Shown here piece after piece: positions 53,400 to 64,000 of a stretch of 64,000 nucleotides of DNA. Position 1 is the first letter of the stretch. The number at the start of each line of letters is the position of its first letter. Below the pieces are notes generated by a model that saw only the letters and a program-made list of their open reading frames with translations, made no database searches and had not been told where the DNA came from. This DNA is from Octopus sinensis (lineage: Eukaryota), in contig NC_043008.1 in assembly GCF_006345805.1 (NCBI RefSeq), forward strand, positions 38,006,001 to 38,070,000, written 5' to 3'. Made by a program: the position numbers and the translations under genes.

Positions 53400-53825
53400 C
53401 CCATCCGTTCGTGTCCGCTGTCAGCCTCGTCTGGCCCCCATGTCGGTGGCACGTAAAAGCACCATCTGTTCGTGTTCGTTGCCAGCCTCGCCTGGCCCCG
53501 TGCCGGTGACACGTAAAAGCACCGTCCGTTCGTGGCCATTTGCCAGCTCTGTCTGGCAACCGTGTCGGTGGCACGTAAAAGCACCATCCGTTCACGTCCG
53601 TTGCCAGCCTCGGCTGGCCCCCGTGCCGGTGACACGTAAAAGCACCGTCCGTTCGTGGCCGTTTGCCAGCTCTGTCTGGCCCCGTGTCGGTGGCACGTAA
53701 AAGCACCATCCGTTCGTGTCCGTTGCCAGCATCGCCTGGCCCCGTGCCGGTGACACGTAAAAGCACCATCCGTTCATGGCCGTTCACCAGCTCTGTCTGG
53801 CACCTGTGCAGGTGGCACGTAAAAA
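53400..53825 (+). repeat. ~61-bp tandem repeat, 7 copies, in the RTE 3' UTR
   Basis: cacgtaaaa recurs at about 53450, 53510, 53572, 53633, 53694, 53754 and 53816. Confidence 0.95.
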
Positions 53826-54187
53826 ACACGCACTACACTCGCGGAGTGGTTGGCGTTAGGAAGGGCATCCAGCCGTAGAAACACTGCCAGATCTGACTGG
53901 GCCTGACGAAGCCTTCCAGCTTCACAGACCCCAGTTGACCCGTCCAACCCTTGCTAGCATGGAAAGCGGACGCTAAATGATGATGATGATGATGATGATA
54001 TATATATATACATATATATGTATGTATATGTATGTAAGTATATATATATAAATAATTGTGTCAATGACCTATAATCCTTTAAGGGATGCTAGCATCCTAG
54101 TTCTCTGGTTTATACTAGTGCTTCATGAAAACAGAATATATTAGTTTCGCATTGATGTATATATATATAAGTATTTAAAATATTTAT

Positions 54188-54470
54188 GAATGAGAAAAGG
54201 AAGAAAATGGAGAAATTGGTGCACAGGCATCAGTTTATTCAAATATATTCAAATCCATATATGTAACTCGCATTTGGAAAATTCCTCCCTGATGAAATAC
54301 CCAATTAACCAGTTTTAGTATGAAAATTTAAGTTAAATGTATTAATTTAATTTCTGTAATTGAACTAAAAGGATATAGAAATGGTTGGAATTTCATTACA
54401 TGGATTTGAATATCTGTGAATAAACTAATGCCTGATTGTTAATTTCTCCTTTTTCTTCCTTTTCTCATTT
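54188..54470. mobile_element. fold-back with a partial hammerhead core in the loop
   Basis: aatgagaaaaggaagaaaatggagaaatt...aaatcca pairs with tggatttgaata...aatttctcctttttcttccttttctcatt. Loop contains CTGATGA-a-atac...gtat-GAAA (54289-54325). Confidence 0.7.
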
Positions 54471-54478
54471 ACACACAC

Positions 54479-54512
<34 letters not shown>

Positions 54513-54553
54513 CATATATATATATATGTATGTATGTATATATATGTATATGT

Positions 54554-54613
<60 letters not shown>

Positions 54614-54614
<1 letters not shown>

Positions 54615-55124
54615 TAGCAGTATCGCCCGGCGTTGCTCGGGTTTGTAAGGGAAATAACTATATTAGCATTTTTAGAGAGTTACTTCCCTTATAGATGCCA
54701 ATTCGGGCTCTCTTAGCCATTTCTGTTTTGGTGTCTTCAAGCCATGAAGTCGTTGTTCTAAAAGAACGCTGGTCTCCTTGACAACGCTTTACAACGTTGA
54801 TTTCCTTACACTCCCTTCCCCACAGCTTCACGAGGGAGGGAAGAAGGGGGAGAAGCAACACAGATGCAGGTGTGACCATGGACGCCAACTCCGCCGCCAT
54901 CGACACACGAAAAAATATGCATTAAAATGGAATAAAAAATAATGTTAATTTATTTTTAAAATCGTAGACTCATCGTAGACGCGCGCTAATACCCAGACGG
55001 GCTCGATATGAATCACGATTATAAGATACCCGAATTTGGTTAAACTGCACCGCAAAATGTGGGTAGTTAGGAATCTAAATCGAAGGGGACAGACACTCAC
55101 ACAACTACAGTTTTATATATATAG

Positions 55125-55125
<1 letters not shown>
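54614..55125 (-). mobile_element. non-autonomous Helitron
   Basis: Minus strand starts TCtatatatataaaac and ends cccgagcaacgccggg (hairpin)-cgatactg-CTAG. It sits between host A and T, with no TSD, and is CpG-rich. Confidence 0.9.
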
Positions 55126-55207
<82 letters not shown>

Positions 55208-55519
55208 TATCTATGTATGTATGTGTGTATCATCATCATCATTTAACATCCATTGCCACCATGCTGGCATGGGTTGGATGGTTTGACCACAGCTGGTAAG
55301 CTGAGGGGCTGCACCAGATTCCATTCTGTTTAACATGGCTGGATGAACTTCCTAATGCCAACCACCCCAAAAGTGTAAGGGATGCTTTTATGAGCCACTG
55401 TTATGGGTGCCAGTTGTATGGCACCAGTTCTGTCATGACTATGATTCCACTTGGCTTGACAGATAGATAGGTTAGATAAACAGGTAGATAGATAGATAGA
55501 TATATAGATAGATAGGTAA

Positions 55520-55575
<56 letters not shown>

Positions 55576-55576
55576 C

Positions 55577-55653
<77 letters not shown>

Positions 55654-55671
55654 TGATAGATAGATAGATAT

Positions 55672-55926
55672 GTTTCTTTATTAGCCACACAGGGCTGAAC
55701 ACTGATGGGACAATTTACAAAGTAGAGATTTTCTTTTTGGGGAGAAAAAAAAGTGGGGTAGGTTTTCGATCAAAAGGGATCGTAAAAAGGAAAGAAAAGA
55801 AAAAAACCATCAATAGGGATCGTGTATCACAGAAATGTCATGATATAGAGTGTAAAGGGGGAAACAGATAAGGTGTATCCATGGAAAGAAAAGCCTACAG
55901 AAAAGACCACAGTAACCTTGGTCAAT
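55672..55926 (-). mobile_element. family D retroelement 3' end in (GATA)n
   Basis: Reverse complement of 17638-17906 with (GATA)n on both sides. Confidence 0.8.
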
Positions 55927-55937
55927 AGATAGATATG

Positions 55938-55981
<44 letters not shown>

Positions 55982-58359
55982 CAGAGCCATACACACATGA
56001 AAACACACAGAATCACTCACCCTTGATTATATATTGTGAATACATCTAACAGCTAATTTTGACATTTTTATTTTAACATAAATAATTGTCTTTTTTAAGT
56101 GCCTTCCACTTAAGTTTTCATCAACTCTTGTTATCATGATGGAGTCTGTATTCATTTTATGTGTGAACTGGGAACTGCTTATAAATCTACAAATTCAAAT
56201 CGTAGAATGCTAAAATAATAACAATGTCTTGATTATATTGGCAAATATAAACACAAACATATGTTTATATACTCGTGTTGTGTCATTAATGGTGAGTCTT
56301 GTATTCAGCCAAGTGACAACTCTGAGCTGGAAACTACTCCAGTGGTTTGTCATTTAGGGGCTTAAATATACACATTTATGGTTGGTCAAAATCCTATAAC
56401 AACATTCCTTTGGTTAGTAATAAAAACAGCATGTTCTCAATAAACAATGGCCCTGTTAAATATAAATAAATATCCATAAATAGATAAATTGAGTAGAATA
56501 GATAAAACTGAGTAGAAGTTATATGCTGTGCATATATTTGAAGGAGATATTTGTGTGTATGTGTATGTAGTTTGAAAGGTTCATGATGTAATATATTCCT
56601 TTCTACTATAGGTATAATGACTGAAACCGTGGGTGAGTGGGCTAGTCAATCACATTAAATTAACCCCAGTGCTCAACTAGTACTTATTGAAGGTTGTAAA
56701 GCAAAGTCGATCTCAATGGAATTTGAAACCATGACATAAAGATAGACAAAATGCTGCTAAACATTGAGTCCATCGTGCCAATGATTCTGTCAGTTCAACG
56801 CCTTATGGTATGATATAATGCAAAATGGACAAAATTCTGAAAGCGGCTACAAGGTATTCATCTGTTGATGCAAATTAAATTTGCTGGAATGTTGCATGAG
56901 GTTCAGGTGATAACATATTTGTGGTTTTGGTTTGCAGTGCATAGAATGATAAGATGGATGCTTGTACATGTTATTGGACTGATTTCTTTTCCGAAAAATT
57001 CTGCATAATCAATTTAAGAAATGTAGAAGTTAGATTAACTGTGGATTATGAGTCAAACAGGAAAGCTTCAGGTAAATACAACTGACTGTAATTTAATATT
57101 AGGAACAGGACTAAGAATACAGAATAGTTGAAGGGAATAGGCTTTACATATCATAGTACAGAAACCCAGTTGTGGTTGTTGTTTCACCTCAGGTTTGGTT
57201 TGGTTGAGCAGTCATTATCAAATTCATTCCCACTCTGCCCATTTCATTGTTATTTTGTAATGTTAAATATCTGGTCTTTTACAGTATGATATGTTTTATA
57301 AGAGCTTACGATAGCTTAAGATAAATATAACCAATTGCAGTTTAATTGTGGATTCAAATTTTGGCTCAAGGCCAGAAATATCGGAGTGGGAGATAAATCA
57401 ATTAGATCAATTCTAGAGTTCAACTGTTACAATCTTGAAAAGATAACAGGCAAAGTCAACCACAGCATAAAGGGAACAAAATGACACTAAGCATTTTACC
57501 TGGTGTGCTAATAATTCTTCCAGCTTGCTGCCTTCAATTGCAGTATAATATTAGGAACAGAACTAAGAATATATAGCAGTTATATGCAAATAGCATTACA
57601 TATGGTGCTGCAGGAACCTGGCTTTTGTTATTCAGCTTCAGGTGAAACTATGACCATTCCATCTTTATTCTAAAATGTAAAGAATCTGGTGTGTTCTTTT
57701 ACAGTAGTGTATGATTCGAGGAATAATTTACTGCTATTTCCAAAGGTCAAGCAGCTACGTAGAGGACTTTCTTTTTACCCACAGGAACACAAGTTATAGA
57801 GTGCAGAATTAGTTTATTAGCATTCTGTGAGATTGTCTGCCAGATAGTAATTCCATGCAGTAACATCTCCAGCTTAAAATGATAGTATTAGTAGATATAA
57901 CCTAAAGGTTGAAGACTGGTGTGATGGTCAGTTAATTTAATGTTGTAGTAAATATGTTCTGTGTTACCTTGGTGATCTCACTAAGGCCATAAGAAAACAC
58001 AGATGATATTTGGCGATTAGGAGAACTGCTGTGTATAATGATGACTTAGACTGTATCTATATAATAAATAGTATATCACATATGCCTGTACTGACAACTG
58101 TAATAGATCTATAAATATAGCATATTTATAAAAGTGTGGAAACTTGCAGATTTTGTGGCTCTTAAGTGCAGCCTTCTGGAAAGGAAGGAAAAGTCTTGAT
58201 TTGGCATTAAAAAATGCTTCTTTTTACTTGATAACATAGTGTTGTATGTATTCACTATGTATAAGTATATAAGTACATATATATATATATATACATACAA
58301 GCATATATATATACACATACATACATACATATACACATACTCAAATACATACATGTGAG

Positions 58360-58407
<48 letters not shown>

Positions 58408-58882
58408 TACATACATACATATTCACACACCCACACACACATGTGTGTATATATATATATATATATACACATATACATGCATAGATATGCATATATACAC
58501 GTAAAAAATCATTAAAAGGTGAGCATGTATTTTCATCTTATATTTTTATAGTTATAATTACATTTTTACAGTAGCTACCTTTCCCCACATATTTAATAAA
58601 ATTTCTTTTAATGCAGTATCATTAGATTGCACTTAATTCAATGTGACTTTGAAATGTAAAAGGTTCTTCACCCCTGGTATATAATATTAACAAACCTTAC
58701 ACCCCACCCTTACAAATAGTATAGCATGTCATGATCTTCCTGTCATTTCGATATCAACATGTTTTTCTTTAAATATGTATACTACTGCATATATACATAT
58801 ATATGTATATATAAATATATAATTATATATAAAAAATATATATTTATATATTACGTAGGTAGGTAGGATAATTATTCGAATG

Positions 58883-58978
58883 ACTGTCTGAAGAATTTCT
58901 AGCAGAAAATCTCTTACATGCTTATCAAACACAAACAATTTTGTAATTCCTATCAGGAAATGAAACATGTGTAATGGT
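58883..58978 (+). ncRNA. type-I hammerhead ribozyme motif
   Basis: actgt-CTGAAGA (58888)-atttct...ggaaat-GAAAC (58962)-atgt-GTA-atggt. Stem I has G-U wobbles. Located in a ~170-bp island between (TA)n tracts. Confidence 0.7.
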
Positions 58979-59031
58979 GAATAAATACTACCAAATAATT
59001 TTCCAATTTCCTGTTTCATTATATATCATAT

Positions 59032-59084
<53 letters not shown>

Positions 59085-59302
59085 CTATTAACATTTTAAA
59101 TGACAGAGATAAAAATGTTACATAGTATACACCCACCAGATTATATATGAACACATTGACATGTATCTAATACTGCATATATATGTATGTATGTATATGA
59201 GAATGTGTGTGTGTGTGTGTATCTGTATATACATACTTACATGCACCACATATATGTATTATGTATATATACATATGAATATACATATTCATATATATAT
59301 AT

Positions 59303-59347
<45 letters not shown>

Positions 59348-60145
59348 ATGCATATATGTATATATCAGTGAGTGCATATATATGCATATATTATATTTAG
59401 AAAATAAGATGAACATACTTAAAGAATTTTATAATACACATTTATTTTTTACCATATACATATATATATACATACACACACACATATCTATACATAAACA
59501 TACATATACATACATACACATATATACATACACACACATATATACATACACACACATATAAACACACAGATACTGTACCCTTTCTCTCATTCTTCAAGAA
59601 TGCCATTTACAGGATCAGCTTGACTTCATACATGAGTACAAAACAACCATTAAACCAAGGTATCCCTATTTTGGGCTTCTGAGACTTATACAACTGTCCT
59701 TATATCTCTGAACGTGGCAACCCTTGCCTGTATAATACCTCATCTCTCAACTCTTTGATACCAACTGGTGCCAAAGCACTTCAGATTCCATCAAACAAAC
59801 TTTCTACTTTAAAGTGAAATAAATCAAAAGTGTCCATTAAGATTTCGTGTTAAATTATGCTCTTAAATATCAGCTTCAACATGATTATTATTTTACTAAT
59901 TTCGTCATTATTTTTGAAACTCATTGAAACAAATGTAGAAAAATGATAAAAAAAAAACACGATACTAAATCGGCTAAATTTTAACTGAGACTGCTTCATT
60001 CATTTATCTTTTTTTCCTTTTCAGATCTCCTTCTGCTCAAATAGCTCCTTGGCTTCAAGCAATCTGTCTTCAGCTGTTCCTAATGAACTTGTGTGTGTGC
60101 GTGTTTGTGTGTGTGTCTGTCTGTGTCTGTGCTTGTGTCTGTGTA

Positions 60146-60192
<47 letters not shown>

Positions 60193-60309
60193 ATGAGTGT
60201 GTGTATAAAATAGATGTATTGGTCCAGCCAGCTCTTGTTAAGCTGTCCAAGCATGGAGAACAGATGTTAGATGGTGATGATGATGATACATACATATACA
60301 TTCATATAC

Positions 60310-60367
<58 letters not shown>

Positions 60368-60468
60368 CTATATATATTCATATATGCACACATATATATG
60401 TATATATATCATTAACTATGTTTATCTTTATATGTACATACATATACACATATATATGTACATACATA

Positions 60469-60500
<32 letters not shown>

Positions 60501-60528
60501 CATATATATATATATATATATATATATA

Positions 60529-60580
<52 letters not shown>

Positions 60581-60712
60581 CCATACTTGATAAACTGGTA
60601 GGTGTTGGCAACAAAAAAGGTTGTAGATCTATAAGATACATCCTCAAATAAGTTTCTGTCCAATGTTCCATGCTCATACAGAAAAATGTGTTTGAAAATG
60701 TTTGAAGAAATG

Positions 60713-60757
<45 letters not shown>

Positions 60758-62157
60758 CACACACACTCACACACATACACGCATACAAATACACACACTC
60801 TCTCAATAGATATATGTATATGTCTGTGTGTGCGTGTGTGTATGTAACTTTCAGATATGGGTCTGTAATTCTAGTTCTCTTATGCCATATACACTCATAC
60901 ATGAACACACAAACTATATTTTTTTGCATCCTAATCTGGGATTGAACATTATGTATAGCAAATCAGTGATAAATCATACATCCTGCCTAGTTTACATCCA
61001 CGATTTAACTTATTACACAAGCTGACATGGAATATTTAGTGAGCTTTAATAAAACATTTGTCATCCATTTGGGAATGTAAATAAATGTAGAGTAATTCAA
61101 TTATTCATTTTCACTCAAATACACATATCAAAAACATCGTTTCTTATGATTTTCTTTTTACAAAAACGAATACCATTGCCATAGTGATACATTATAACAA
61201 CTCACAATTCTTGCACACAACCACTCTGTATGAGTGTGTGTGTGTGTGTAAATTTCTGTAGAAGAATGTGTACAGATGAATGTTGCTAGCAGAATTTCAC
61301 ATATTTACATCGTGTCGAAAAACATGTCTAAGATATCAGCTCATAACTTTGAGGCTGCAATTGATTTTATTTTTTTTGTTCTGTTGTTTGTTAGTTTTTA
61401 ATTTTGTCTCTTTCCTTGAAAGTGCTACAGCAAATGTTTTATTTTGCTTCTACAGTACAATATAAAACGAGGATGGAGTTACTAAAGCCTTATATGTGCC
61501 AGTCACAAGTTTTGCAGCTTTTTCACTTTTTATTTCATGTATATAAGATTTCCTGGTAATTCTGTCTTTTTTTTTTTGTGCATTCTTCTGTGTGTTTAAT
61601 TATTTATTTGCAATGCTCTTTTATCACGTATGATTACTACTGAAACACTGATATGTTATCGGTCATACACCTCTCTCTCTCTCTCTCTCCCTATCTTTCT
61701 ATACCTCTATCTCTTTAAATCATCATCATCATGATCACCATCATCATTATCATCATCATCATCATTTAATGTCCATTTTCCATCTTGGCATTAGTTGGAT
61801 GGCTTGATAGGAACTGACAAGGCCAGAGGGTGGACTAAGTCTGTTCTGGCTTGGTTTCTACAGTGGGATGCCCTTCCTAATGCCAACCACTTTACAGAAT
61901 GAATGTACAGGGTGCTTTTTATGTGGCAACATCACCAATGCTTTTTACATGGCACCCGGGTTTTTAGGATTAATTCTGTTGAGGTGGGCAGCTCTTTCTA
62001 TATTGAAATTTACATTTGTGCAAAATAAAGGGTTATATTTTTACTTGTTTTTTTGTTATTTTAACAGTCTCACATATCCATTTAAGGCAGTGCCAGCTAA
62101 AATACCAACCTGAGCTCCAGATATCAACACTATATTCTGAGCTCACAATTATATAGA

Positions 62158-62572
62158 TGGAGGAGTGGCTGTGTAGCAAGTAGCTTACTTACGAACCACA
62201 TGGTTCTGGGTTCAGTCCCACTGCATGGCACCTTGGGCAAGTGTCTTCTACTATAGCCTCAAGCCGACCAAAGCCTTGAGAGTGAATTTGGTAGATGGAA
62301 ACTAAAAGAATCCCGTCATATATATGTATATATATATATATATGTATGTGTTTGTATATGTTTGTGTGTCTGTGTTTGTACCCCCAACATCACTTGACAA
62401 CCGATGCTGGTGCGTTTATGTCTCCTTAACTTAGTGGTACAGCAAAAGAGACCGATAGAATAAGTACTAGGCTTCCAAAGAATAAGTCCTGGGGTCGATT
62501 TCTTCGACTAAAGGCGGTGCACCAGCATGGCCATAGTCAAATGATTGAAACCAGTAAAAGAGTTAAAAGAGT
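62158..62572 (+). mobile_element. full-length family B tRNA/CORE-type SINE
   Basis: A-box-like tggctgtgtagc, B-box gggttcagtccc, CORE-like accttgggcaagtgtctt, internal (TA/TG)n, tail ending aaaagag. Confidence 0.9.
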
Positions 62573-62903
62573 CCGTATACATAAACAAGATTAAGGGATT
62601 TTCATAGTGTCACTAAATACTCCAACCTCAAAAAGTCTCTCTTGTTCTACAAATTCTAATTTCACTTACATTTGTGGTGGTGCATTTTCAGTATACAGCA
62701 CTTAGTGGGGGTGGGGTATCGGAAATAAACAGCAAAACAACCAAAAATTTCATTGATTGGCAATGCTTCATTTGGCAACAATTCTAGTGCTTTGTGTCTT
62801 CCTTCTGTATCTTTCACTACAGCTATATTTGTCTTTGTGTTGGCCATGGCATCACTACCTCCCATGGTTGATGCAACCACCTATCCACAACCTGTCAGTG
62901 TGC

Positions 62904-63113
62904 TGTTCAAGAATTTGGACCTGGCGATCTCCATTTCCAGCGACTTTGAGGGCCACCTCCCAGTGGTGTTGGGCGTCAATGAAGAGTCCTAGACTACAAC
63001 AAGACGACCAAAGTTTTTTTTTTCCAAAGGTCTGGGGTCTCCCGCCCCTAAGCCCTAGACCATCACCTAATCACCCTTACCCATCTTGTTGCTTAACAAC
63101 AACAACAACAACA
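62904..63113 (+). mobile_element. family G element with (CAA)n tail
   Basis: Homologous to 10713-10913. Confidence 0.75.
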
Positions 63114-63515
63114 AACTGTCAGTGTTACTGCATTTTCTTTGTAAAATTCTACCTTTGCCTCTTTCTGTCTAGAGATTAATCCGTTTATCAACCAATTAGC
63201 AGGGACTTGGATTGGTGTGTATGTGTATGTGTGTGTGTGCGCGTGTGTGTGTTTGCGTGTATGTGTGTGTGTGGTTGTTTCTTTCTGTGTGGACATCATG
63301 TGTTAATTACAAGCAAAATATCCCTGCATAAAAGCTGTGTTTTGTCTTTACCATCTTTTGTGAGAACATGTCCACTCATTGCTTGAAGTAATAGGGAAAT
63401 TATCAACTTGCTTGGAAACAAGTAAGCATTGGTAAATGGAAGAAAGTCTGCCTCAGTAAATCTCATACAACCCATACCAGCATGAGGAATAGAGCATCAC
63501 CATAATGCCAATGAC

Positions 63516-63592
<77 letters not shown>

Positions 63593-63669
63593 ATATCATC
63601 ATCATCATTATTATTGTCATTATCATCATCATCATCATTATCATTGTCATTATCAGCATCGTCATTCAT

Positions 63670-63960
63670 CATCATTTTAAAGTCCACTTTTCCATGCTTC
63701 CATGGATCAGATGGAGTTTACCGAGACAGATTTTTCTATGGCTGGATGCCCTTCCTGACACCAACCGTCACCAGTTTCCCCAAAAAGTAATATTTCTTGG
63801 GGTTAGGCATATTCTTTCAGAATATTGGAAATGAATGACACTGCTTGTATAACAGTGGCACTTGTTTACATCTACCACTCAATGTCCTGACAAGAAGACA
63901 CAAACACATTAACATATACAAGCATTTACACATGCACACACATGCGCACACACACACACA
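63670..63960 (-). mobile_element. SINE tail with RTE-related 3' end (family F)
   Basis: Homologous to 22690-22868, 37165-37400 and 41590-41830. Shares ggatgcccttcct with the RTE 3' end. Confidence 0.7.
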
Positions 63961-64000
63961 TGCACTTACACACACACACACATACATACACACACAATGG

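Larger units (their letters stand above)
50353..53999 (+). mobile_element. RTE-clade non-LTR retrotransposon, 5'-truncated, inserted in (TA)n
   Basis: APE motifs (CMQEVRW, SAYAPQ, AGDFNGH, QIDYIL), RT motifs (NYRGIKLL, QFGF, AFVDMEK, GVHQGSVLSPLLF, LYADD, FRYLG), RTE C-terminus (RLRWYGHV, GRGRPRKTW), ~650-bp 3' UTR and (TGA)n tail. Confidence 0.97.

Noticed and set aside
53400-53825. CRISPR-like regular repeat
   Set aside because: The whole unit is repeated with no unique spacers, it lies in a eukaryotic LINE UTR, and there are no cas genes.
60021-60090. Possible exon (strong plus-strand acceptor at 60024, or minus-strand AEDRLLEAKELFEQKEI*)
   Set aside because: No convincing paired splice site on either strand, and no homology recognised.
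62662-62880. 72-aa minus ORF with a GTAAGT donor near 62670
   Set aside because: No clear acceptor or recognisable domain. It abuts repeats.

Overview
AT-rich, microsatellite-saturated, almost entirely non-coding animal DNA. The SINE, RTE and Penelope repertoire suggests an octopus/coleoid cephalopod genome (inference). Most ORF-track entries are microsatellite artefacts. Recognisable content: a young, 5'-truncated RTE-clade LINE (50353-53999; APE + RT + PHD-like finger, 3 frameshifts, ~61-bp tandem array in the 3' UTR) with many short tail-sharing derivatives; several tRNA-derived SINE families; a non-autonomous Helitron (54614-55125); TTAA-flanked piggyBac-like MITEs; a Penelope GIY-YIG remnant (20832-21095); and a clean 36-nt candidate micro-exon on the minus strand (38576-38611). 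The main unexplained signal is about 13 type-I hammerhead-ribozyme motifs from several sequence families, mostly in islands between (TA)n tracts and often inside head-to-head fold-back inverted repeats. The best case is a spacer-less ~703-bp palindrome (25896-26598) with an intact hammerhead on each strand. All folds and alignments were made by eye.
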